DNA from: the human T2T-CHM13v2.0 reference genome, Homo sapiens
Assembly (NCBI RefSeq): GCF_009914755.1
Contig: NC_060935.1
Direction: 5' to 3' (one strand)
DNA: 64,000 nt
The notes beneath the pieces were generated by a model, which did no database searches, was not told where the DNA came from, and was given only the letters and a program-made list of their open reading frames with translations. The translations under genes were made by a program, and so were the position numbers. This document shows, piece after piece, positions 37,278 through 61,965 of the stretch (positions are counted from its first letter, which is position 1; the number at the start of each line of letters is the position of its first letter).

Positions 37278-39554
37278 TGTATTAGTCCATTTTCATGTTG
37301 ATTTACTGTATGAATCCATTTTCACACTGCTGATAAAGACATACCTGAGACTGGACAATTTACAAAAGAAAGGTTTATTGGACTTATAGTTCCACATGGC
37401 TAGGGAGGCTTCACAATCATGGTAGAAGGCAAGGAGGAGCAAGTCACATCTTACATGGATGGTGGCAGGCAAAGAGAGCTTGTGCAGGAAAACTACCCCT
37501 TAAAATAACTATCAACTCTCATGAGACTTAGTTATTATCATGAGGACAGCATGAGAAAGACCTGCCCTCATGTTTCAATTACCCCCACAGGGTCCCTCCC
37601 ACAACACATGGTAATTCAAGATGAGATCTGGGTGGGGACACAGCCAAGCCATATCATCCTGCCCCGGCCCCTCCCAAATCTCATGTCCTCACATTTCAAA
37701 ACCAAACATGCCTTCCCAACAGTCCCCCAAAGTCTTAACTCATTTCAGTATTAAGTCAGGAGTCCACAGTCCAAAGTCTCATCTGAGACAAGGCAAGTCC
37801 CTTCTGCCTATGAGTCTGTAAAATCAAAAGCAAGTTAGTTACTTCCTAGATACAATGGGGGTGCAGGAAGTTGATAAATACAGCCATTCCAAATGGGAGA
37901 CACTGACCAAAACAAAGGGGCTACAGGCCTCTTGAAAGTCCGAAATCCAGTGGGACAGTCAAATCTTAAAGCTCCAAAATGACCTCCAGTGACTCCAGGT
38001 CTCATATACAGGTCACGCTGATGCAAAAGATGGGTTCCCATGGTCTTGGGCAGCTCCGCCCCTGTGGCTTTGGAGGGTATAGCCTCCTCCCTCCTGGCTG
38101 CTTTCATGGGCTAGTGTTGACTGTCTGCGGCTTTTCCAGGCACATGGTGCAAGCTCTCAGTGGATCTACCATTCTGGGATCTGGAGGATGGTGGCCCTCT
38201 TCTCACAGCTCCACTAGGCAGTGCCCCAGGTAGGGGATCTGTGTAGGGGTTTCAGCTCCACATTTCCCTTCTGCACTGCCCTAGCAGAGGTTCTCCACCC
38301 ACTCCATGAGGACCCTGCCCCTGCAGCAAACTTCTCCCTGGGTATCTAGGTATTTCCATACATCTTCTGAAATCTAGGTGGAGGTTCCCAAACCTCAATT
38401 CTTGACTTCTGTGCACCCACAGGCTCAACACCAAATGGAAGTTGCCAAGGCTTGAGGCTTCCACCCTCTGAAGCAACAGCCCAAGCTGTAACTTGGCCCC
38501 TTTTAGTCATGGCTGGAGTGGCTGGGATGCAGAGCACCAAGCCCCTAGACTGCACACAGCATGGGGACTCTGGGCCAGTGCTGGGATGGGATGCCGTGAA
38601 GACCTCCGACATGCCCTGGAGACATTTTCCCCATTGTCTTGGGGATTAACATTTGGCCCCTCCTTACTTGTGCAAATTTATGCAGCAGACTTCAATTTCT
38701 CCTTAGAAAATGGGTTTTTCTTTTCTATTGTCAGGATGCAAATTTTCCAAACTTTTATGTGGTGCTTCCCTTATAAAACTGAATGCCTTTAATAGCACCC
38801 AAGTTACATCTCGAATGTTTTGCTGCTTAGAAATTTCTTCCGCCAGATACCCTAAATCATTTCTCTAAAGTTCAAAGTTCCACAAATCTCTAGGGCAGGG
38901 GAAAATGTCGCCAGTCTCTTTGCTAAAACATAACAAGAATCATCATTGTTTCAGTTCCCAGCAAGTTCCTCTTCTCCGTCTGAGACCACCTCAGCCTGGA
39001 TCTTATTGTCCATATCGCTATCAGGCTTTTGGTCAAAGCCATTCATCAAGTCTCTAGGAAGTTCTAAACTTTCCTACATTTTCCTGTTTTCCTTTGAGCC
39101 CTCCAAATGTTCCAACCTCTGCCTGTTACCCAGTTCCAAAGTCGTTTCCACATTTTCAGGTATCTTTTCAGCAACACCCCACTCTACTGGTACCAAGTTA
39201 CTGTATTACTCTGTTGTCATGCTGCTGATAAAGACACACCCAAGACTGGGCAATTTACAAAAGAAAGAGGTTTATTGCATTTGCAGTTCCACATGGCTGG
39301 GGAGGCTTCACAATCATGGCAGAAGGCAAGGAGGAGCAACTCACACACTATGTGGATGGTGGCAGGCAGAGAGAGCTTGTGCAGGGAAACTCCCCCTTAT
39401 AGTAACCATCAGATCTCATGAGACTTACTCATTATCACGAGGACAGCACCAGAAAGACCTGCCCCCATGATTCAATTACCTCCCACCAAGTCCCTCCCAC
39501 AACACATGGGAATTCAAGATGAGATTTGGGTGGGGACACAGCCAAACCATATCC
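37278..39554 (-). mobile_element. Full-length THE1 (THE1C/D-like) MaLR provirus: LTR 37278-37656, internal 37657-39201, LTR 39202-39554
   Basis: Two ~350-380 nt direct repeats tgtatta...gccaaaccatatc(a) around a ~1.55-kb THE1 internal region; 5-bp TSD gagcc / aagcc. Confidence 0.93.
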
Positions 39555-40391
39555 AAGCCCAAGAACCCACCCCCACTCTCCCAGCCCATGCTGCCCTACT
39601 GGCATCTGAGTAGGCCAGCTGGAGGCCCAAGAATCGGCCTGTCTGTACCTGGCTAACACTGGTGCTGGTGTACGTCACCCTGGGACCAAAGACAGGTATG
39701 CTCAGCCCATAAATCCCACCACTGGGGACAGAAGACTAGCCCAGCTAGCAACCCAGTCCCCAGGAACACTTCACCACAGCCTCTACTAATAACCAGACCC
39801 TAAGCTGTCAAGGACAAAACAGGTACCCCTGACGTTGTTTAGAGCCAAAGAAATCATACAGAGATTACATTATCATATATGCTCAGAATCTCAGCAGAAA
39901 CTTTACCGGCCAGAAGAGAATGTAATGACATATTCAAAGGTCTGAAAAAAAAAAAAAACTGCCAATCAAGATACTATACCTACCAAAATTACCCTTTGTA
40001 AGTGAGAAAAATCTTTCCCTGACAAGCAAAAGTTAAGAAAATTCATCACCATTAAAGGGAATTCATTACCATTAGACCAGACCTACAAGAAATGCTCAAA
40101 GGAGTACTAAACCTGGAAGTCAAAGGATGATATTTACCATTGTGAAAACACACAAAAGTATAAAATTCATGGGTAAACATACAAATGAGGAAGAGAAAGG
40201 ACTCAAAAGGTACCACGACATTAAAACCTGTAAATCACAAAGATAAACAAGAAAAAGAAAAGAAGAAAGAAATACATACAACAAGCAGAAAACAACAATA
40301 TGACAGGAACAAAACATCACATATCAATAATAACCTTGAATGTAAATGAATCTGTCTCCACTTGAAAGATACAAACTGGCTGAATGGATAA

Positions 40392-40622
<231 letters not shown>

Positions 40623-40847
40623 TAAGGCTGCAGTAAGCCGTGATCATGCCACTGTACTTCCAGCCTGGGTGACAGGAGAGATCTTCCCTCAAAAAAAAAG
40701 AAAAAACAAGAAATATGATCCAACTATATGATGCCTAGAAAAAACACTTCACCAGTAAAGACACATATAGACTAAAAGAGGTGGAAAGATATTCCACACA
40801 GATGAAAACCAAAAGTGAGCAGAAGTAGCTAAACATATATCAGATAT

Positions 40848-41088
40848 GGATGTGAGGGTGATCTGGCTGCGACATCTGTCACTCCACTGATCGCCAGGAT
40901 TGATTCAGTTGATCTGGCTGGCTAGGCAGGTATCCCCTACCTCCCTCACTGGCTCCATGTGCGTCCCTCCAGAAGCTGGGCACTTGGTCGAAGAAGACAA
41001 CCATCCCCAATAGAGGAGGACCGGTCTTCCATCAAGGGTGTAAGAGTAGCTGCGCTCTCCTGATAGAACCTCCAAACAAGCTCTCAGG
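40848..41088 (+). pseudogene. 7SK RNA retropseudogene, 5'-complete, 3'-truncated (~240 nt), no poly(A)
   Basis: ggatgtgagggtgatctggctgcgacatctgtcac...tagaacctccaaacaagctctca is colinear with 7SK from nt 1 to about nt 240. Confidence 0.95.
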
Positions 41089-43018
41089 GGTAGCTATACA
41101 TAAAAACAACTTTAAGTCAAAAAAGGTAATAAAAAAAAAGATGATGAAGGTCATTATACAATGATAAAGGGATGAATCCAGCAAAAGGATATAACAATTC
41201 TAAACATATATGCACTCAACACTGGAGCACACAAGTTCACAAAGAAAATATTACTAGATCTAAACAGAGAGACAGACTCCAGTATAATAACAGTGAGGGA
41301 CTTCAACATTCCACTGTTGAAGGGGATAAGACAGATTCTCTAGACAGAAAATCAACAAACATGGATTTAAAAGGGACTTTGCACCAAATGGACCTTACAG
41401 ATACATACCTACTGAACATTCTAACTAACTGCACAATACCTTCTTCTCATCAGCACGTGGAACATCTTCCAGGAAGTGTTAGTCCACAAAAGAAGTCTCA
41501 ATTAATTTTAAGAAATCGAAATCATCTAAGTATCTTCTCAGTCCACAATGGAATAAAATGAGAAACAAATACCAAGAGGAACTTTAGAAACCATACAAAT
41601 ACATGGGGCCAGGCTCTGGTGGCTCATGCCTGTAATCCCCGCACTTTGCAAGGACAAGGTGGGAGGATTACTTGAGCCCAGGAGTTCAAGACAAGCCCGG
41701 GCAAAATAGTGAAACCCTGTCTATAAATAAAAAATAAATAAATAAAAGATTAAAAAAAAACATACAAACACATGGAAATCAAACATGTTCCTGAACAACC
41801 ACCGGGTCAATGAAGTAAGATGGAGGTCAAAAACTTCCTTGAAACAAATTATCAATCTCTTCATGATAAAAACTCTCAACAAACTAGGCATAGAAGGAAT
41901 ATACCTCAAAATAACAAAGCCCATAGATAACAAACCCACAGCTAACATCATACTGAATATGTACAAGTTGAAAAACTTTCCTCTAAGAACTGAAACAAGA
42001 AAGACAAGGATGAATACTTTCAGCACTCCTAAATCAACATAGTACTGGAAGTCCTAGCTAAAGCAGTAAGGCAAGAGAAAGAAAGGAAAGGTATCCAAAT
42101 TGGAAAGAAGGAGGTCAAACTTTCCCTCTCTGCAGATGATATGACCCTGTAATTAGAAAAACCTAAAGATTTTACCAAATACCTCTTAGAACATTCAGTA
42201 ATGCCGCAAGAGACAAAAATCAACATATAAAAATCAGTAGCATTTTTATACACCAATAACGCAAGAGCGAAAAAGGAATCAAGAAGGCAATCCCATTTGC
42301 AATAACTACAAAAAAAAATGAAATACCTACAAATACATTTAAACAAGAAGGTAAAAGATCTCTACAAGCAAAACTATAAAACACTGACTGAAAGAAACTG
42401 AAGAGGACAAAAACAAATGGAAAGACATCACATGTTCATTGATTAAAAGAATATCAATAAAATGACCATACTGCTCAAAGCAATCTACAGATTCAATGCA
42501 ATTCCTATGAAAATACTAAGATCAGTTTTCATAGAACTAGAAAACACAATGCTGAAATCACATGAAACAAACAAAAAAACCCTGCAGAACAGCCAAAGCA
42601 ATCCTGAGCAAAAGGATCCAAACAGAGAGACAGCTGTCAACAAAGCTGGGGGCATCACACTACCCAACTTAAAAATATATTACAAGCTACAGTAACCAAA
42701 ACATTTCAGTATTGGTATAAAATCAGACACACAGACCAATGAAACAGAATAGAGAACTCAGAAATAAATATATTTACCAGCCAACTGATCTTAGACAAAG
42801 CTGTCAAGAACCTACACTGGGGAAAGGACACCCTCTCAAATAAGTGGTGCTGAAATAACTGGAAAAGCATATGCAGAAGAATAAAACTGGACCTCTATTT
42901 CTCATCAAACACAAAAATCAAATTAAGATGAATTAACAACTTAAACATTATTTGTAGAAAACATAGGGAAAACTCTTCAGGACACTGACCTAGGCAAATA
43001 TATTAAAGCTAAGAAGAG

Positions 43019-46190
<3,172 letters not shown>

Positions 46191-46914
46191 GAGCCCAAAA
46201 GCCTTGAACAAAAACAAAAATAAACAAATGGGACTATATTAAATTAAAAAGCTACACGCAGAAAAATAAGCAGTCAACAGTGTGAAGACACAACCTCTTG
46301 AATGGGGGAAAATATTTACAAACTGCTCATATGACAGAGGAATGATATCTAGAATATACAAGAAACTCAAACTAAATAGTAAAAAAATAATAATAATAAA
46401 GACTAAAAATAAATTCCATTAGAAAATGGGTAGGCAGGGTGCAGTGGCTCACGCTTGTAATCCAAGCACTTTGGGAATATGAGGCGGGAGGATCACTGGA
46501 GCCCAGGAATCTGAGACCAGCTTGCAACATGGCAAAACTCCATCTCTATAAAAAATACAAAAATTAGCCAGGTGTGGTGGCATGTGCCTATAGCCCCAGC
46601 TACTCAGGAAGTGAAAGGATCGCTTGAGATCAGGAGAGGTCGAGGCTGCAGTGAGCCATAATCTTGTCTATGCACTTCAGCCTGGGTGACAGAGTGAGAC
46701 CCTGTCTCCAAAAAAAAAAAAAAAAAGCAAAGGATATGAATAGACAATATTGTGTAACCATCACCACTACATAATTACAAAATATTTCCATTAACCCAGA
46801 AGGAAATCTTGTCCTTTCAAATTTCACCACCCCAATCTCGGGCAGCCATTAATTTATTTCCTGTCTCTATGAATTTGCCTATTCTGAATTTGTCATGTAA
46901 ATGGAATCACACTC

Positions 46915-50235
<3,321 letters not shown>

Positions 50236-50239
50236 ACAA

Positions 50240-51640
<1,401 letters not shown>

Positions 51641-51760
51641 TCTACCTTGTAAAATGATGGAACCATCCTTCACTAAATAAATGGCATGAGACCAGCCTTT
51701 ACTTATAGCTCAAATAATATTACAGGTCTATATAAGCACATGGTGTCTAATAGTTGGAGA

Positions 51761-54700
51761 GCCAGCCACGGTGGCTCACGCCTGTAATCCCAGAACTTTG
51801 GGAGGCCAAAGTGGGTGGATCACTTGAGCCCAGAAGTTTAAGACCAGCCTGGGAAACACAGTGAGACTCCATCTCTAGAAAAAAAAAATTAGCTGAGTAT
51901 GGTGACACGTTCCTGTGGTCCCAGCTACTCAAGAGGCTGAGGTGGAAGGATAGCTTGAGCTCAGGTCAAGGCTGCAGTAAGCCGTGATTCCACCACTATA
52001 CTCCAGCCGGGGTAACAGAGCAAGACCTTGTCTCAAAAAAGGCTGGATAAAGAGTTGTTCCTCAGATGGAATTCAAGTCAAATTATATTTCTTCTAGACA
52101 ATTTTTCAAGATCAATCAGGAATCTCTTTACCAACTTTCAACCCCCACAAACACACATATCACTTATGTGTACTTCTCATCTACAATGAACTAAATCCAC
52201 ACTATATATTAAACATGTGTTTATTTATCTAGAGTGGTATTTCAAGTTATTGGAAGTTCCCGTTTGTTTCTTTGTGGGGAGAAAGGAACAAAAAGGATGT
52301 CCAATAAGTATCAAATCTCTGTACCTAGCAGAAAAAAGCAATCTCTAAAATTACAACAACCTTTTTTTTGCAAATAAAAATGACAGAATGTCTTGGCAGG
52401 GCACAGGCTCGTGCCTGTACTCCCCATGCTTTGGAGGCTGAGGTGGGTGGATCACCTGAGGTCAGGAGTTCGAGACCAGCCCGGCCTACATGGTGAAACC
52501 CTGTCTCTACTAAAATACAAAACTTAGCCAGGCGTGGTGGCATGCTGAGGCAGGAGAATTGCTTGAACCCAGGAGGCAGAGGTTGCAATGAGCCAAGATC
52601 ACACCACTACACTCCAGCCTGGGGGAGAAAGCGAGACTCCATCTCAAAAAAAGAAAAAAGAAAAAAAAAGAAAAGACAGATTATCTCACTAAAGAAAACT
52701 TTACCTATAAGACAAAACAATTGGGTACAAATGCCAAGATAGTTAATTAAAGTTAATTTTAATTACCTTAAGTACATAAATAAGGCACTCTAAAAAAATT
52801 CTTCTTAAAAGCATAAATGTTAAATGCATACTTAACGTTTATATAGCATATATATACATGTATGTAACAACTTAATTCACAAAAACAAGAATTGCAAAAT
52901 ATGATATATTGCTATAATCTGTTTATTCAAGTAAGCTTTTAGAAAGCTATGAAATTAACATGGTAGTGCTTCAAATAGTACTTATATGTAAGTTACCAGA
53001 CTTCTGATTGTTTAAAACTAGAAAGTCACATATTTTCCCTATAAACAAACGCTGGGTCTTTTCAGCTGTTTCCCTCCTCAGTAAATGGAACTACTAACTA
53101 CCCACTCTCCAAGCCAGAAGTCTGGAAATTAATACTATTCCTACTCAAAACACTTTGCATCAATCCATTAACTAAGTCCTTATCTATTCTACCTGCAACT
53201 TCTCTTTCTCAGATCTAGCCTTTTCTCTCACTCCCTATGGCCACTTCCCCAACTTTCTCACAATAGGAATGTAATATTATAACAACCTCCAACTGGTTTC
53301 CCTATCACCACCCCAAAGTGCCCACTGCCTTTCCAACACCCCAAAAGAATTGTTTCAGAAATGAGAATTTCAGGTCACCCCTGGTGAAGATCATATAAAT
53401 CCATTCAGAGAAACTGGGGTGGGGCTCTTAGAAAAAAAAAAAGGTAAATAACAGAAACGGAATAATGACTTTTCCCTCATGGTGTCTTGGGAAAGATAAA
53501 TAAAAAATTGAATTTTTAACTATACTCAGAGGATTCAAATAAAAAGTAATAAGCTTAGAAGAGGTTAATAACATATGCTTTTCATGCAGTTAAGACATGG
53601 TATAACCAAATAACCCAAAAAATGAGTTGAGTGATTATCCAAAGATTTTCCATCTCAGGCATCTCAGGCACTATTATAAAACCCAGCCTGGGCTACATAG
53701 CAACACCCATCTCTATAAAAAAAGATTTTTTTTTTTTTAACTAGCCAGGTGTAGGGGCACAAGTAGTGCTAGCTACTTGGGAGGCTGAGGCAGGAAGATC
53801 ACTTGAGTCCAGGAGTTCTGTGTTGCAGTGAGCTATGACTGCACCACTGCACTGCAGTCTGGGCAATAGAGCAAGACCCTCTCTCTAAATAAAGAGAAAG
53901 AAACAAAGGAAGAAATGAAAGACCAAAGATGGGGAGGACCCAGAAGGAAACACCTGAGTCATTAAAAAAACAAAAATTAAATGAGTGAAAAAACAAGGGA
54001 GGAGGGGGTGAGAATTCAGTAATGTATATCTTTACAAGCTATATCCAAAAGAAAAAAGTTATACCCTGAAAAATGTCTAGCAAACAAGGGATGAAGAGAA
54101 AATCTAAAAATATTTTGAAATACATGACACATTCATTCAGCTAACATTTGAGTATCTACTATATGCTAAATACTAGGCTAGAAATAGAGTGAATAAGAGA
54201 AAATTAATTCCTTATAGAATTTATTGTCAGTCACTGGCATGTTGCCTTTATTTAATGTGCTACATTTTTACTTTAAAGAAGGGAAAAATACATGCAAATC
54301 ATTTATAACTCCCAATCTAATTTTCTCATATGGTCTTAAGTTCCTCAACCACAAACCTTATCAGAAACCTAATGTATACAGTTAGGTTACAATTTCCCAT
54401 ACATGCCACATTATCAGAAACTTCTGTCTTTTCCCATGCCGTTCCCTGCCTCGAATGCTTTTCCAACTTTTACTCAACCATTCAAATTTCCATAATGCCT
54501 ACAGTTATGTTATGATTTCCCCTGGCCAAAATTAGGTACTTGCTCATTTATATTCCCAAAGCACCCTAGAATTACTCTAAACAGTAGTTATACTTTGTAT
54601 TATAACTGCCTGCATAACTATATTCATGCAAACAAGATCAAGCAAACATGATACAAATATCTGCTGTCTACAAGAAACAAAATTTAGAATCAAAGACACA

Positions 54701-55570
54701 AGGAGGTTAAAAGGATGGAAAGGAACACACCATGCAAAGTAAACAAAAGACCATGCAAAGTAAACGAAAGACAGATGAAGTGGCTATGCTAATACCAGAC
54801 AAAACAGACTTTAATCTGAGCATAAATATAGAGTTTAAAACAAAATTTGAAGTATTAGGAAAAATAGGTAAGAACAGACATTCCTGATTACACATTAAAA
54901 TCACTGATGCCAGGGCCTCAATCCCCAGAGATTCTGATTTCAATGGAGCATTGTTAAGGCCTAGGCATGAGTATTTTTCAGAGGGATTCAACGGCTTCTA
55001 ATGCACAGCCCGTAGTTAATGACACACGATTATCATAAGGGCTGAAAAACACTGAACTACAAGGAAAAGACAGTTGCTTTAATTAGGGTAAATGGAAGTC
55101 ATGGCAGTACAGGAACACACCCTGGAGGCATTTGATAACACAATGCACAAAACTTGTATAGGTACAGGAGACGAAGTCTAATTTCCAAAATATTCAAGAA
55201 GAAAATTATTTCGTCGAGCCAATCCCATTAAAAAAATTTTTTAAATAAAAAAATTAGGCTGGGTGCGGTGGCTCACACCTGTAATCCCAGCACTTTGGGA
55301 GGCCAAGGCAGGCGAATCACTTGAGGTCAGGAGTTCAAGACCAGCCTGGACAACATGGTGAAACCCTGTCTCTATTAAAAATACAAAAATTAGCTGGGCA
55401 TGATGGTGCGTGCCTGTACTCCCAGCTATTCAGGAGGCTGAGGCAGGAGAATCACTTGAACCCAAGGTGGAGGTTGCAGTGAGCCGAGATCATGCCACTG
55501 CACTGCAGCCTGGGCAACAGAGAAAGACTCTGTCTAAAAAAACAAACAAACAAACAAAAACACAACAACA
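51761..55570 (+). mobile_element. Series of + strand Alus (51761-52040, 52395-52675, 53683-53900, 55257-55570); L1 fragment ~54610-54830; MER5-like ~54885-55010
   Basis: Alu consensus motifs; L1 endonuclease-region motif ctgctgtctacaagaaac; ccccagagattctgattt. Confidence 0.8.
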
Positions 55571-55682
55571 ACAGCAAGAAAATTATTTCAAAGTGTGAGG
55601 AAGACTAGGATTTTCCCAAGCAATGATGAAAAGCTGGTTAAGATTCATGTTCAAATATCAAGGCATTCAACTGTACGTATGA

Positions 55683-56044
<362 letters not shown>

Positions 56045-57762
56045 TCAAATATTATACCTTTTAAAAATAATGTTCATGCTAATAAAATTAAAACTTTTAA
56101 AGTAAAAAGAGGTGAGTGGGGAAATATGCTACGTTATCTGACTCAGAAGCCTAAGTGTTCAGATCATTGCTTAGAGTTCAGACCACAACCATAGTACTGT
56201 GGATCACACTACAATCATTTTAAGAGCATACCTGTGGGGACAAAACACTGGTTAAGAGTTGGGCTCTGAAGCCAGACTTACCCAGTTTTAAATTCCCACA
56301 GCATTACAAGTATCTTTTTATCAAAATTTTCTCCAACCCTTTAACACTGTGTGACTTCAGGCAAGTTACTTTACCTTTCTAAATAGTTTCCTTATCTATA
56401 AAATGAAAATAATGACACTATAAATAGAGTGGCTCTAAGGATTAAATAAGATAATCTTGGTAGATGACTTTATCATGGAGTCTGGCTCAACAGTAAGCTC
56501 TGATAATTACAACAGTACTACTACAGGCATTTAACCTATAAAATTATGGTAAAGCATGCATACTACAAAGCCCCTTATTTTTGCATTTTTGTAATCTATT
56601 TTTCTACGAAAGATAAGAATGGAGAAGATAATTAAGGTTTAAAGGGGAAGTCCAAAATACAGGAAAATAGGACACTAAAGGAGTGAGATATAGTTATCAT
56701 GGTGAATACAACTAGGTAATAATAGAAGATAGGGTATAAAATGAAAAGGCCATGAGGCAAAAAGATAGCAAGGAGAAACCAGTTGACCACAGTCAAAATT
56801 CATAGGACAAAAAACCTCTAAAATGAGGATTATGGAATGTCTGAATTCAGATGCCAGACCAAGTTAGTGCTGCTGTAGATGGTTTATTTATGGTTCTGAT
56901 AAACTGGAGGTTGGCAAGACTTTAATGGGAATATAAAGTAAGCTCCATTATACTTCTGATTAATCAAAGTTTTCCAATATTACCATATTGCTATATCCCC
57001 AAACTCCAAATACCAAAAGCAAGTTAGAATGGATTATTTGGAATAACTCATTCTACCTAATTTTCTTTTCCTAAAACACTTTTAACATCTAAACATTGAA
57101 GAAGTGGCAATTATATTTATTTGCAGAGCCAACTGTGAAGATGCTAAGGACAAAAGGAAAAGAGTAAGTATCAAACTCCCTGAGATATCTAGCATAACAC
57201 ATGCCTAAGCTTCATAACCAGTACTGCACTTTTGCTGCAAAATACACTGATGACCAAGGCATTTAATCCCACTTACTAGTAAGCTATTATCTAGTACATT
57301 CTTTCCCAGTCCTGTGTCCTCTAAGTAACCTAAGTAAATCTTTTAAGTTCTACCTTTAATAACTACATCCTTTCCCATCTGAGTACACGGCATCACCATT
57401 CATCCAACCTTACCCTCCCCTAATCAGTCCACTTGGATAAGACTTTGAGGCCAGTATAGCAGCAATGTTACAACAACTCTTACCCTCACTACCAATTACC
57501 ATGTCACATGGCTCCCATCCTGGCATTGCCTTATGACAATTAGGCAGAGGTAGCCATGGCTACTCTTGAATGAAAGAAATTTAGTTCAATATAATGTCAT
57601 CACCTTGTTAACAAAAAAGCTTTTAGACTCACCTAACCCAAGAGGAGTAATTAATACTAAAACAGTTGGATGTAAAATTAGATCAATACTGGGGAGACTA
57701 CTGTTCCACTAAGTTTCATTCACAGGACATTCTAGGCATTTAATTTGTATTATATTGGTTCC

Positions 57763-58437
57763 TTTTTATTTTTATTTTTTGGGGGGGAGATGGGTGGAGT
57801 CTCCCTCTGTTGCCCAGATTGGAGTGCAATGGCATAATCATGGCTCACTGTAATCTCTGCCTCCTGGGTTCAAGCAATTGTTGTGTGGCAGCCTCCTAGG
57901 TAGCTGGGATTACAGGTGTATCCCACCACATCCAACTAATTTGTATTTTTAATAGAGACCAGGTTTCACCATGTTGGCGAGGCTGGAAATTTGTATTATA
58001 CTGGTTCTAAATGTATTTTCAAAAACAGAGATCATCATCTGATAAGACTTCCATCTTCATACACTGGAATAAAGATCAGTAAATTTTTTTCTGTAAAGGG
58101 CTAGACAGATAATAAGTTCTTCAGGTTTTGGGTTTTGTTTTTTTCTGAGACAGGGTCTTGCTGTTTCACCCAGGCTGGAGTGCAGTGGCATGATCAGCCT
58201 CAACCTCTGGGACTCAGACAATCCTCCGAAAGTGCTTGGATTGCAGTATGAGCCACCATACCCAGCCCAATACTTTAGGTTTTGAAGTTATATGTTCTCT
58301 GTGACCATCACTCAACTCTGCCACAGTTGTGTGAAAGCAGCTACAGACAACAGAATGTAAACAAATGAACATGGCTGTATACCAGTAAAACCTTATTTAC
58401 AAAGATAGAGAGGACAGGCTGTAGATTGCCCACCACT
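57763..58437. mobile_element. Antisense Alu fragment (57763-57987) and MER58A-like element (~58070-58437) with an Alu monomer inside
   Basis: aaattttttctgtaaaggg...actcaactctgcc...gtgaaagcagc...aaatgaacatggctgt. Confidence 0.75.
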
Positions 58438-59012
58438 GTACTAAGCTATCACAGACTAGGCTTTAACTTCAAAGTTTTAGAGCAGAACATGGTCCTATAG
58501 TAAGTTGAGGAAAACTATTAATTCCACAAACATTTACTACATATTTGCTATTACCCACCAATTGCTGGTGATAAAATAAAGTAAGAAACCCTGTCCTCAA
58601 AGAGTTTACCATCTTGTAGGCTAGGCAGTAACTGCAAAAAGTGTTATGAGTACTGTGGCATAAAATCTACAAAGTGTACGTGCAGGGTAAGGAGATTGAA
58701 GTGGTTAATTTAACTTGAGAGACAGAAAGAAGGAAATTTTCCACAGAGCATTTGATGCTTAAAGAGCAGACTAATGACGGGTACAGTGAGCAGGCAAGAG
58801 AAGGAAGATGGGGATGGTATATTCGACTCAGAGGCAGGAGGACGAAGAAAAAGCATAAATGTAAAACAACCTTTCACATCTTCAGAGATGTAAAAGCAGT
58901 TTGGCGTGATTAAAACTAGCAATGAGAACAGAAAAGCAAGGTTGAATATAAAAGGGGATAAACAGACTCAATATAACTTGGTATCAAAGAAAGTGTCAGA
59001 GGCTAAGGTCTA

Positions 59013-60116
<1,104 letters not shown>

Positions 60117-60485
60117 CAGTCTGGTGTAGTTTCTGCTTGCTGTGCCCTCACAACTCATGTTCTTACACTGAAAAGATCACCTTAATTTTGGACAAACATT
60201 CTAAGCATAACTTTTAATTCTTGCTCTTTGTCCAGCCTCTAAACTGGTAAGATTAAATAAACACTGCAAATTCCCCACCACCTCATCCCTGCTTCTTCTG
60301 TTTATTAACAGAAAGGCACAAATTATGAAATAATTTGCTAAAATCAGAATATCTTACACAACTTACTTTGAGAGAAACCAAATTTATTTGATAAGTATTT
60401 TTAAATGAATATTAAAACTTACTTAATTCTGAGCAAAACATGAAAGTAGTCTAATGATGAATGGGATCAAGTCTGCCATTTATAA

Positions 60486-61008
<523 letters not shown>

Positions 61009-61028
61009 GCCATTTATAATTTGTAAAA

Positions 61029-61030
<2 letters not shown>

Positions 61031-61074
<44 letters not shown>
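61031..61074 (+). repeat. (AC)n microsatellite, about 22 units
   Basis: Uninterrupted acacac run. Confidence 0.98.
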
Positions 61075-61078
<4 letters not shown>

Positions 61079-61136
61079 ATAATGGAGAATTAATACAATT
61101 TAACACATCCCTAAACTCAGGATAAAAATAAGAAGT

Positions 61137-61965
<829 letters not shown>

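Noticed and set aside
37521-39659. Cluster of overlapping ORFs
   Set aside because: All lie within the THE1 LTR/internal region; no intact coding frame.
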